Of a stretch of 64,000 nucleotides of DNA, positions 1 to 10,204 are shown piece by piece. The translations under genes were made by a program, and so were the position numbers. How positions within the stretch are numbered: position 1 is the first letter of the stretch; every line of letters starts with the position of its first letter. Source of the DNA: Selaginella moellendorffii. Its lineage: Eukaryota; Plantae; Lycopodiophyta. The stretch is from positions 1 to 64,000 of the forward strand of contig NW_003314270.1 in NCBI RefSeq assembly GCF_000143415.4, written 5' to 3'. The notes under the pieces were generated by a model. It did no database searches. It worked only from the letters and a program-made list of their open reading frames with translations, and had not been told where the DNA came from.

Positions 1-450
1 TAGATAGAAGTGGTCAACTGGAGTCACTCTCAACGGCTCAATGTTGGAATATAGTTTTTGAACATCGCCGTAGGTGAGGTCCGTGGATTCCATGTGATCT
101 TCATAGACCCGCAGTGTCTTTGAAATTGTGGGCCTCCTGGACAACCTCTCCCTAGCTCCCTCTAGGAATTCCTCATAGCCGCTGCCCCCCTCCGGGAAGC
201 CGCTAGGATGTGCAAGGTGGATCTTGAAGGCAGACGCTGTCTCTACCACAAGTGCCAATCCATATTCTTGCATGGAACTGCATGGAGTGTCTGTCACTTG
301 GATGAAGATCCCCATGCATTCTTTTCTCCCACCATCTGTGTTGTACAGCCTCAGATCCTCGCCTTCCATCTCGAAAGTCCAACTGGTGAGCTCCTCCCCC
401 TTCTCTGCATCCACATTGACAGTGACTGGAAGAAGAACGCAATTCCTCGC
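1..450 (-). CDS. Putative internal exon of an unknown minus-strand gene (open to window edge), probably part of the left transposon unit
   Basis: Hand translation gives 150 stop-free codons from 450 to 1 (ARNCVLLPVTVNVDAEKGEELTSW...PVDHFYL). It is preceded on the minus strand by a pyrimidine-rich ...TTTCTGAACAG acceptor. A 60 bp GT..AG intron (510-451) would join it in frame to the 577..1107 frame. No homology recognised. Confidence 0.45.
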
Positions 451-894
451 CTGTTCAGAAATGCACAACAATTAGAGCTGACAGATGAAAAGCTAGTAGC
501 TGGAAATAACGTGAGGCCACACGCCATTCACCACTGCATCAGATGTCTTGAGGCTGCATCCTAAGATGGCGTGAGGCTACACGCCATCTGTAACCGGACT
601 GCACTCGAGAGCCCAATCGGTGCATGCCAATGTTGCTACTGAATGGCATGTGGCCTCATGCCATTTTCTACTTGGCCTAAAAGACTTACCATTTGAAGCC
701 GAATGGAGGCGTGACAACCGGACTCGCTGGCGAATGTGCACTGTGTGTGCAGCGGATCGTAGCAGCAAGGCTACTCTGCCACTTACAGTTGGAGAGTGGT
801 GCTGAAATCTCCCGGGACGCCAAGTGGGCTGCGTGTGGGTGGCGGAGTGGGCGGCGGAGTTGGCGGTGAAGTTACAAACTAGGTGTGTCTTGAA

Positions 895-1240
895 GTGGAC
901 GCCGATGCACACGAGCGCGATGCGAGCGCGAGTGTGATGCAAGCGCGAGTGGACGCCGATGCACACGAGAAACTTGTAGAGAAGGTAGATGAGCGCGAAT
1001 GTGAGCGTGATCGCGAGTGGGAGTGCGATGCGAGCGCGAGTACGAAGCAAAATGCAAAACCTAACCTCACACGCGCGAAATGTCACGACGGTTGGTAATC
1101 CCACCACGTCATCATTCCTCGGACTTGGGCGCCACCATTAATTTCTGGATCGCCGCGCGCATGCATGCACGTGAAATCCAAAAGAAATCCGCAACGTCAT
1201 CATTCCTCGGACTGCATGCACGCGAAATCCAAAAGAAAGA
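895..1240. repeat. Low-complexity and tandem repeats (GAGCGCGATGCGAGCGCGAGT-type units; duplicated ACGTCATCATTCCTCGGACT...GAAATCCAAAAGAAA)
   Basis: Direct repeats visible at 895-1045 and at 1106-1190 / 1194-1238. Confidence 0.75.
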
Positions 1241-1979
1241 TCATGATTGGGATATCATTTAATACCCTCGCTATATTTATACCATGCATGATTGGATATT
1301 CCAAAGCATCTTGTATTTCCAAAAATGCCAGATGTTCAGCTAAATAAAGAATGGTATACAATGGAATTATAAGATCTGGTTTGTCAGAGGATTTGATGTG
1401 ACGTTCAAGCGTGTGGGCTCATGCAATTTTGATCCCAAAAAATGCACCAAAAAATGCTCGGCGTCATCTGGCGTTATCTCTTGAATGGCGTGGGGCCGCA
1501 TGCCATTTTCAGGGGCACATAGGAGTATATTCCTAGAATATTCTGACACGCGCGAGATTGTTTTGAGTTTCCTGGAGATCCAACCGTTAGATCGCAACTA
1601 AATTTTACAGAATGGTATACAATGTCCTTCTTGATGACCCTGCAAAGAAGCATCTCGATCGGACACCACATGAGACCACACGAGCCTTACAATGTTTCAG
1701 GGGCATTTGCCATAGATCCGACCGTTATTTTGCTCCAAGATTTTACAGTTTGGTGTGCATTGACCTTTCCATCGACACTGCAAAGGGACATCACAATCAG
1801 ATGCGGGATCACAAGAAACCAACTTCACTAACTCTGGTTTCACCAAGATCTACGTAAGGAGTTATGAAATGAAAGGACCCTCTCTATTGAAATGTGTTTA
1901 TGGTCCTAGGGGCATTGTGACATATCAAAGGATTTTGCATCAAGTTCTGTATTTGCATGTTTATCAAACTACTGAATTG

Positions 1980-2012
1980 CTAAACCCTAAACCCTAAACC
2001 CTAACCCTAAAC
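1980..2012 (+). repeat. Interstitial plant telomeric repeat (CCCTAAA)n, ~4.5 units
   Basis: CTAAACCCTAAACCCTAAACCCTAACCCTAAAC. Confidence 0.85.
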
Positions 2013-2799
2013 ATGTGGCAAATGTTGCGTGAAGAAAGATGCCCTTTCTGGGCAAATGCTGTAAGAGGCAGATTCTGAGCAGATGTATCTCAGGCCAACG
2101 AAGGGGACAAACGAAAGCTAGCTATAAACATGACGGGATGCAAATAGATTACTAGGCTGGTCCTGCGAAAATCAAAAACCATAATTGAAAACATTGAAAA
2201 TGCAAAAAGAAAGGTTTATAATATTTTTGAATTTTAAGCAACCAAAGGAATGTAAGTAGGGCATGTGTTTGTAAGTTTAAAAATGCCTCAACCACTTAAA
2301 TTCCCAAGTAAATAAAGCTGTTTCTATTTTTGGTACAGGTAAACTTTATAGCGTGTGGGCTCATGCAATTTTGAACCCAAAAATGCACCAAAAAATGCTT
2401 GACTAGCATTATTCTTTGAATGGCGTGTGGCCTTATATTGCCATAAATGGACGTACATACACAGCATAATTATTCCTTTACACGGTGAATAATCTTGGCG
2501 CGGATCGCTGACATGGCATGGCAAAGTTTGAATCACTGACATGGCACAGCTGGATCAAGGCAAGGACATGATGTGACAAAGTTCAACCTCCGACAGCAAA
2601 GTCTAGAAGCTACTCAGTTTGAAATTTGTCAGAGGAATCATAAGATCTGGTTTGTCAGAGTATTTGATGTGACGTTCAAGCGTGTGTTATTTTTGAATTC
2701 TCGAACTCATTCCTAGGTCTATCATTTTTGTATGCTGTGTTCTTGGTTCCGCTGAGCGCAGTGAGCGCTGCTTGTGTAAGCGGCGTTGTGAGCTGTGGT

Positions 2800-3183
2800 T
2801 TATGCGTCTACAAATGGTTGCGGCATTGCGAGCGCCATTGCGAGCGGCAGTTTATGCGAGTGGCAGTTTGTGCAAGCGGCGCTACGAGCAGTTGCGGTGT
2901 TGCGAGCGGCGCTACGAGTAGTTGCGGTGTTGCAAGCGGCACTGTCTTTGGTGTGGCTACCGCTTCCTCTTGATATTCGGCACTTGTGCTTCCTGGTATG
3001 TTCACCATGGAATGGTTTAGGACCACATTTAGAAATGACATTCTCTACTGATACAGTAGGATGGCCTTCCCCAAGCCTTTGACAGTGTATAACAAAGTTC
3101 CGATCCATAGACACACGGGTCCCTTTTGCAACTCTCTTCCCACCATTCAAAATGTAAACCTTTTCCCCACCCCTAGAGGCCAT
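2800..3183 (-). CDS. Divergent ORF whose first ~49 codons are the palindromic mirror of the transposase N-terminus, followed by TARSAA-like low-complexity repeats
   Basis: ATG at 3183 mirrors ATG 3528. MASRGGEKVYILNGGKRVAKGTRVSMDRNFVIHCQRLGEGHPTVSVENV versus MAFRVGEKVYILNGGKRVAKGTLVSMDRNFVIHCQRLGEGNPTVSVETV. A 30-bp tandem repeat lies at 2872-2940. Confidence 0.45.
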   Translation of the reverse strand: MASRGGEKVYILNGGKRVAKGTRVSMDRNFVIHCQRLGEGHPTVSVENVISKCGPKPFHGEHTRKHKCRISRGSGSHTKDSAACNTATTRSAARNTATARSAACTNCHSHKLPLAMALAMPQPFVDA

Positions 3184-3674
3184 TCTGAAAGTGCGCAAAA
3201 GAAGTTATGACCATACAAAAAATGATTGGAGAATGGCCTAAATCATAACATACCAAATAGCATGAGGCCACATGCCATTATTCAAATATGCTATTGACAC
3301 CCACGTGAAATTTCGCATTCACAAAATTGGTATGAGGCCTCATGCCATTAGTGGTACCACTAATGGCATGAGGGCTCATACCAATTTTGTGAATGCGAAA
3401 TTTCACGTGGGTGTCAATAGCATATTTGAATAATGGCATGTGGCCTCATGCTATTTGGTATGTTATGATTTAGGCCATTCTCCAATCATTTTTTGTATGG
3501 TCTTAACTTCTTTTCTGCACTTTCAGAATGGCCTTCAGGGTTGGGGAAAAGGTTTACATTTTGAATGGTGGGAAGAGAGTTGCAAAAGGGACCCTTGTGT
3601 CTATGGATCGGAACTTTGTTATACACTGTCAAAGGCTTGGGGAAGGCAATCCTACTGTATCAGTAGAGACTGTC
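3037..3674. repeat. Near-perfect spacer-less palindrome, ~319 bp arms, centre GTGGT|ACCAC at 3355/3356
   Basis: Base i pairs with base 6711-i across the region, e.g. TCTCTACTG 3042-3050 with CAGTAGAGA 3661-3669. Only scattered substitutions. Confidence 0.97.
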
Positions 3675-6596
3675 TTCGATGGGAATGTGGTCGCTATTGA
3701 ACGAGGAGAGATGGTCGTCGGGGTAAATGTTGTTGTTGCCTTGAAAAATCTGCAGAAGAAAGCAGATGTTGGGGACAGCGCAATTGCGACGCATGTTCCC
3801 TCCGTGGATCTTAAGAACCGTGCTACATGGATTCAGGCAAAGGTGTTTCTAAACAACCCCAAGGGGGAGGTGGTAGCTGAGGGCTTAGCCACAGTTGTCG
3901 ATCCAAGAGATGCGGTTGCTAATCAAGAATTGGGCTGGGATGATATTGGAGTTGCGATTTTAGAGGTTGTTGACACAGAAGAAAACAGTCTGACTATTGG
4001 AAGCATTGTGCGGTGGAAATTGAGGCATTTAGTGTTTGAGAATGTGAAGGATTCACAATCAAACACCACTACAACTGATGACAGAACATCTCTTCATGGG
4101 AAAAGAAAGTACACCTTCCTACAGCGCAGCCAAAGGGATCTGAGCAACGAACCGAAAAGGCAGAAAATGGCGATGGAGGTTCGAATGGTCTCGACAGTTG
4201 CTTGTTGCAAGAGGAGGTACTGTCAACATGCTGATTGGGATGCTATTGAAGAGGAGAGAGCAAGATACAAGACATTGTCCTGGAAGGCAGCTCGCAATTT
4301 TGTGTATGAGGCATTACGGTCATCTGTTGATACTTCAGAACATCAGGTGGGGGGCATAGTCTTCCAGAGGGGTTTGGTCTGCATGAAGGCATGGAGAATC
4401 ATTTATGGAGTCCCTCGAAGCACATTCTACAGAATCAAAACTGAGTTCGAGGAACAAAGGGTTCAACAGGCAGTCCATGGGAACGACGGTACGCACAAAA
4501 CCAGGGGTCATGTTGTATATGGAGAGGCAATCTTCAAGAGGTTTGTCGAGACATGTAGCGAGCAGCAACCACATAAAACCCGCCTCTTGGAAGATTGAAC
4601 ACGAGACACCCAACGAGTTCTCCCTTCCATGTATACCAAGGGGGCCATATTGGAAGATGTGAATCGGGAACTCTAGAGTAATGGCTACAGGAAGCTGAGC
4701 CAATCTAGATTTAGTAGATTGTGGAGCAACAGGTTCAGGGATGTGAGTATAGGAAAGTACTCCAGCTTTTCAAAGTGTGATGAGTGCACTGCTATCAAAA
4801 TGGCTTTGTCGAAGAATTCTTGCAGCGCTCAAGAGCGAGAGACGTTGGTTAGAAGGCGGCTCGACCACAACATCGAGCACAGAAGTTGCAGGACTGCATA
4901 TTATCATAACAGGATTCTCTCCATGGAGAGACCTAACTCTTACCTCTGCATCATCCACGACAAAATGGACCAGAAAAAGACGTGCTTACCTCGACTCAAT
5001 CCTGCCCCCAAGGCAATCTCTTCATCCATGCAGCTGCCTGTGTCTCTGTTTGGCATAATCGCTCATGGGCATGGTGCCCAGAACTATGGGAACTTCTTTG
5101 TACCTCTATGGGGTGGCGGGGGTGCAAACATGATGATTGCGTCCCTAGCAAAACACTTAAGGTCTCTGCAAAGTGCGCAGACTGAGCTGAACGGCCAACC
5201 CTTGCATAAGGCCCTTGTCGATCGAACCCCATACAGGGTTCAGCTGGAGGAGGAGCAAAGGCTTGCAGTATCGCGTGGGGCCCCATGCCATCCCAGTGAA
5301 TATGTTGGCCGTCAGATTGTAGGGTTATCACGTGAGGCCTCATGCCATTCCGACGAGGCTGGTCGCCCGGTGAATGCACAGCCTCATCCAAACGAAGCAG
5401 AATCTCAAGGAAGTTCTTGCGGCCGATGTGGCCTTCCACCCCATCTTCTGCTCCAAACAGACAATGCTGGCAGTGAGAACAAAAACATGTACGTCTTCGC
5501 GTACTTGGCGATGCTTGTTGCCAAAGGCATATTTGAAACGGTTACACTTGGCTTTCTCATGGTTGGGCACACTCATGAAGACGTCGATGCCATGTTCAGT
5601 CACCTGGCAGAGTCCCTCCGGCGATCCAATGTCCTCACCCTCCCACAACTCTACGATGAATTCCAAAATTGCATCAAAGGCACTGTTGAAGCTGCACTTG
5701 TGACAGAGGTTCCAGACTTTAAGGGGTTTGTAAGAGGCTACATCAGGGACGGATCCGAAACGCTGATTGGCCACTCCAAGCCTCTTCAGTTTCATTTCAG
5801 CATGCGTGACGGTGCTCCAGTGATGAGGTACAAGATGAGAGAATGGGACACAGTGTGGCTGCTAGTGGATGGCATTGAACTCTTCAAGAGAGATCCCATA
5901 ATTGGGGAACCTATGATTCCTCAGGGTTCCCCACGGCTGATGCACCCGGATGGACTCAAAGACCAGGAAAGTATAGTGGCCGGGATTAGACAGCATATTG
6001 CCTTCTGGAAGAGGGGGTTGGTGTTTGGTGGAGAATCCTATTTTAAGAGGTGCAAGCCTTTGCTCGAATACTGGGAGAAGATTATATCTGCTATCCAAAA
6101 TGGGCCGGTTGTATATGAAGAATTGGAAGAGTCCTTTTGGCCAGAACCCAGAGCACCAGATAGTAGCAGAACAATGTCCTCTGGAAATGCAGTGACAGAT
6201 AACGATGTTGAGGATCACTATTGTGGGCCGAGGAACAAGAAGCCGGATTCAGCATTCAATCCAGTACAGGTCTGCAAAGGAATGGTCGTGCTTGTCAGAC
6301 CCAGTAATAAAAAACAAATGATATGGGTGGGGCGTTGCATAACTGATGCAGAGGAGGACGCGGAAACTAACTCCTTCAATGTAACTGTGGAGTGGTTCAA
6401 GCCAAGTTCCGGATATACGAAGGATTGCCTAGAAAAGAGATGGGTGCTGAATCCAAGGGATCCCAGCATGAGCATATTGGTGGATAATGTTGTGCATGGT
6501 TGGATGCGGAAGCAGAGTGCCACCATCACCTTGCCAGACCATGCAAGAGATGCAGCAAGAGCATTCATAACCCGGGTTCAAGGTGAGATTCATTAA
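3528..6596 (+). pseudogene. Sola/DUF7869-type DDD transposase (~1020 aa) interrupted by two in-frame stops
   Basis: ORFs 3528..4598 and 4719..6596 are in the same frame (offset 1191 = 397 codons). The linker reads through TGA 4596-4598 and TAG 4674-4676. Motifs: FSKCDEC, CIIHDKMDQ, LQTDNAGSENKN, FLMVGHTHEDVDAMFS. A possible 52-bp terminal intron (6583-6634) gives a final exon GEQSESESEEA* ending at 6669. Confidence 0.8.
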
Positions 6597-8809
6597 TATT
6601 CCTTTACTAAGTTTCTAATGTATTTTATTTCAAGGTGAACAATCCGAATCTGAATCAGAGGAGGCGTGATGGCATATGGCCTTATGCCATTCCTAGGTGA
6701 GATGATACAAATAACAAGTATAAATTCTTAGTTGTTCTAGCAAATCTTACTTAAAGTTCAAGGTGAACAAGCCGAATATAAATTCATCGGATTGTTATAA
6801 CAAATTGTGAGGTGATGGCATGAGGCGATACGCCATTTGAGAGTGGTAGCCATTCCTATATGAGGTGAGTGAAATATTTATTAGAAATACCTCATTCAAT
6901 TGTGCACTTCTAAGTCTTGGTCCACTCAGTACTGTTTGCATGTTTCTATTTTAATTCTTTCTCTAAAATGTTATTTAGCATGTGGCTTCATGCCATTGCT
7001 CTCCACAATCATGCATTGAATTTTTCTATCCTTGCATAAAACTTCTCTATATATATAGCATGTGTGCACATGTGATATGGTTCATTAGGCCTGATATAGT
7101 GTGTGAGGTAAAACAAAGATGATGTGACATATGCATTTACCAATCACACGTGCATAAATCTAATAATATGGCGTATGGCCCATATTAATGGCACATAAAC
7201 CCATATTGTGGGCTTACGTGCTTTATGTACCATCATTCCCTTGCAGCGTGTGTGTTGGTTTCCTTTTATAACATAACGAACTCCATATTTTAGGGTGAAG
7301 AGCGTTCTCATGGCAAGCACAAAATCTGTAAGTGAGGCAGAAAAGGAGACGGAGAAGGAGATAGGTGAAGATGTAGAATATATAAGTCTTCCAAACTCCC
7401 CGTACTATACTCCAGGTGATCATTTTTCTGAACAAACGGCAACATTAACAACTATCGAGAACGCCCCAGTAATGTCAGAGACAACAATCCAAAGCAAAAC
7501 AACTAACCTGGAGAAGGATGATAGTACCGCTGAGAGTACCAAAAAGGAGGTGTCCACTAGCGCTTAGGCTTATAATGGCGTGTGCCCTCATGCCATTTAC
7601 TTGATCACCAAATACCTTTTTCCCTTTGCACTAGTATATCTTAATACCGGTCTAAGAAATAGAATGGCATGTGCCCTCAAGCCTTTTACTAAATCACCTT
7701 TGAAAGAAATGCAAGCCTCTATGTCGTAAAAAAAAGGAACTAGAGAAATTCCTTAATAATATGAATGTTATTTAGTTTCATGAAAATACACTAAGGGTCA
7801 AATGAGTTAAATGACTTCTCCAGACTAGCAATGCCTCTTGCTACACCTTCACAATTAGATTCGTTAGAAAAAGATAACATTGAATAATATCTAAATGTTC
7901 TCACCATTAAGTTATATGTCTGGCTAATAGGAATGACGTTCATCTTGGAAAGCTCACCACACGCTCAATGAACAAACAAATAGTGTGTGCGCGCATGCCA
8001 TCGCTCTTCTTTAGCTTCAGATTCGGCTTGTTCACCTTGACAATGAGATTTATTATACAACCAGATGGACTCAGTCTGGACACAAAGTCACCGCGCTAGT
8101 CACCATGCCCCAGATATGTCTAGCCCCTGGACAAAAAACATATAATTTCACGTCATTTTCAAATACTTGAAAATTTGTACCTAGTCCCATTTTACTGAAT
8201 AAATCCCACTTTAACGAAATAGAGCTTCTCTCTGAGTTAAACTAAACTTAAGGTTCAGCTACACTCCATGCAGGCATAAGTAGCCAAACACACCAAACCT
8301 CCAAGTTTCTAACATCCCTTGGTACAATAAGACTTGATTATAGAACCCTCTAAATCCTAAGCTTGGGTGCAACACTTGCTTTGGGACACTAGGGGGAAAC
8401 ACTGTGGCCTAATGGCCCAGTATGGGTACCCCTACTCCCCCACTTCCATCCCAAAGGGAAGGCCCAAGCCCCTAGGAAGGGTAGGAACCAATGAGCTCAA
8501 GTGGGGCACCACTCTACATGAGCCAAGAGCACTACAGTTAATTTCTTTTTTGGGAGTGGGAGCTGTTCTTGAGCACTTCCTTGGGTGGCCCCTTTGGCAC
8601 TACTTGAGTTTATGCTCACTCCCACCTAAGGCCCCTAAACCCCATTCACAACCTCAAGTCAGTTCAGAAGCACCACTAGAGAGTTCCTTTAAGATTGGTT
8701 CCTAGACCTCACCATCCCTACTATACTTTTGGAACCCTTTGTAGCACCCTCGGCCCCCCCTTGAGAAACACACGCTTTGGGCTTTCACCCCATGACCTGT
8801 ATTAGTATT

Positions 8810-9050
8810 TGGATTTGGTCTTGAACTCGATCTCAGACTCGACTTCGGACTCGGTCTTAGACTCAATCTCAAACTTGATCTCGGACCTAATCTCAGACTC
8901 GGTCTCGGACCCGATTTTGGATCTCGGACTTGGTTTCAAACTCGGTCTTAGACTCAGTCTCGAACTTGGTCTCAGAGATGGTCTCGGACTCGGTCTTGAA
9001 CTCGGTCTCAGAGTTGGTCTCGAACTCGATCTCGGACTTGGTCTCATCTG
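8810..9050. repeat. Degenerate 12-bp tandem repeat (consensus ~GACTCGGTCTCA)
   Basis: About 20 units such as ACTCGATCTCAG, ACTCGGTCTTAG, ACTCGGTCTCGG. Produces spurious repetitive ORFs. Confidence 0.85.
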
Positions 9051-9781
9051 ACGAACTCTTTATCATTTTAGTCATGCTTTCGGGGTTCCTTTAGCCTACA
9101 ACACCTTGGGGAGTTAGTTCCTTACACAAGTATCAACAAAATGACTACTCAAATATAATCAAATAGCAATAAGCCCACTAATATGTCTACTCAACAACTT
9201 TGAGCATAACCAAAAAGGCTAACTATGCATGATTGACACACTAAAGTGAAAACCATAAGATGGACTCATGTGGTATATAATCTTTTAATAGACAATACTA
9301 CAATATAGATACCAATATTTCACCAACCACAAATAACTATTGTCCTTAGCCAAGGTGTAGGGCCACTAATATTAAGTGAAGATTAATGAGATCTCACTAC
9401 TCTCATAAAGTCTAATCCATTGCAAGATGTAACATACCACTAAGTATAATGTTACAAAAGAAAGATACAAATGTCATATTTCTATAAAAGTGCAATAGCC
9501 ATTTTGCTCTCCAACTCTAGACTTTATTCAACTCAATTGCTTTAGCCCCAAAAATCAACATCCCTTTTAAGCCATATCATTCAAACTACCTACTAAGGTT
9601 TACATAAATTAAAGTTAATTCCAACCCCTTCACTAGTTTGTAATAACTTTTGAAAATAGAATGGTTTTTGGGTAAAATAATTAATAGATCAGCCTCTAAA
9701 AAATTTTGTGAAAAACTTTCATCCTAGAAAAACAATGACTCTCTGTCTAGAAATGCAAATTCTCAAAACTCAACCAACTTC

Positions 9782-10193
9782 TGTCAAGACCCCCAACAAG
9801 ATCATGACTGGAAAATGCAAAAGATAAAGAGAAAAGTTAGTGAAAACGAAGAAAAGGCCTTAGACTAACGTTGATTCAAATTGTGGAGAAATGGAACAAG
9901 GCTAACTTATATATACTATAAGTTGATGAAGCTCCACCACTCTTGGATCAAAGACGGCCTAAATATAGCTGAAATTGAGGAAGCGCCACATCATCATCAG
10001 GAATGTGGTTCGAGACTCGGGAATCGTACGGAAAATCGAGAGTCAGGAATAGGGAAGTGTCTCGAGAGTCAGGAATAGAGAAGTGTCTCGAGAGTCAGGA
10101 ATAGAGAAGTGTCTCGAGAGTCAGGAATGTGGTTTGCAGGTCAGGAATCCAGTGAGAGTCAGGAATGTGGCAAGAATTGGGGGATTCCTGACA
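9782..10193 (-). repeat. 3' LTR of chromovirus
   Basis: TGTCAAGACCCCCAAC...GGGGATTCCTGACA. Internal 26-bp tandem repeat GAGAGTCAGGAATAGRGAAGTGTCTC. The polypurine tract (minus strand GAGGAGGGGGTGT) abuts it at 10194-10206. Confidence 0.95.
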
Positions 10194-10204
10194 ACACCCC
10201 CTCC

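Larger units (their letters stand above)
506..8001. repeat. Dispersed 22-bp palindromic motif ATGGCRTGDGGCCHCAYGCCAT, ~18 copies
   Basis: Copies start at approximately 506, 566, 643, 1485, 2420 (degenerate), 3257, 3327, 3363, 3433, 5270, 5327, 6669, 6815, 6975, 7168 (half), 7575, 7664 and 7980. None were noticed beyond 8001. Confidence 0.9.
1..8040. mobile_element. Large Sola/DUF7869-type DNA transposon-like unit (left end outside window, right end approximate)
   Basis: Contains a DDD transposase, a central palindrome and the element-restricted 22-bp motif. Termini and TSD were not identified. Confidence 0.6.

Noticed and set aside
3257-3454. CATG-N6-CATG geometry resembles a p53 response element
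   Set aside because: Flanks do not fit RRRCWWGYYY and plants have no recognised p53; treated as coincidental geometry of a palindromic site.
4596-4676. Programmed stop read-through or RNA editing in the transposase
   Set aside because: Two separate stops 26 codons apart are more simply explained by point mutations in a silenced copy; no supporting signal seen.
4719-6596. Fanzor/TnpB or HUH (Helitron/Replitron) nuclease
   Set aside because: No RuvC-I/II/III plus terminal zinc-finger pattern and no HUH/Y2 motifs; motifs fit a Sola/DUF7869 DDD transposase.
506-8001. CRISPR array interpretation of the 22-bp palindromic repeats
   Set aside because: Eukaryotic context, irregular spacing (14 bp to >1.8 kb), at most three consecutive units outside the palindrome, degenerate repeats and no cas-like ORF.
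8802-9075. Three overlapping ORFs with RPS/LDL/ETE repeats
   Set aside because: Artefacts of a 12-bp tandem repeat open in several frames.
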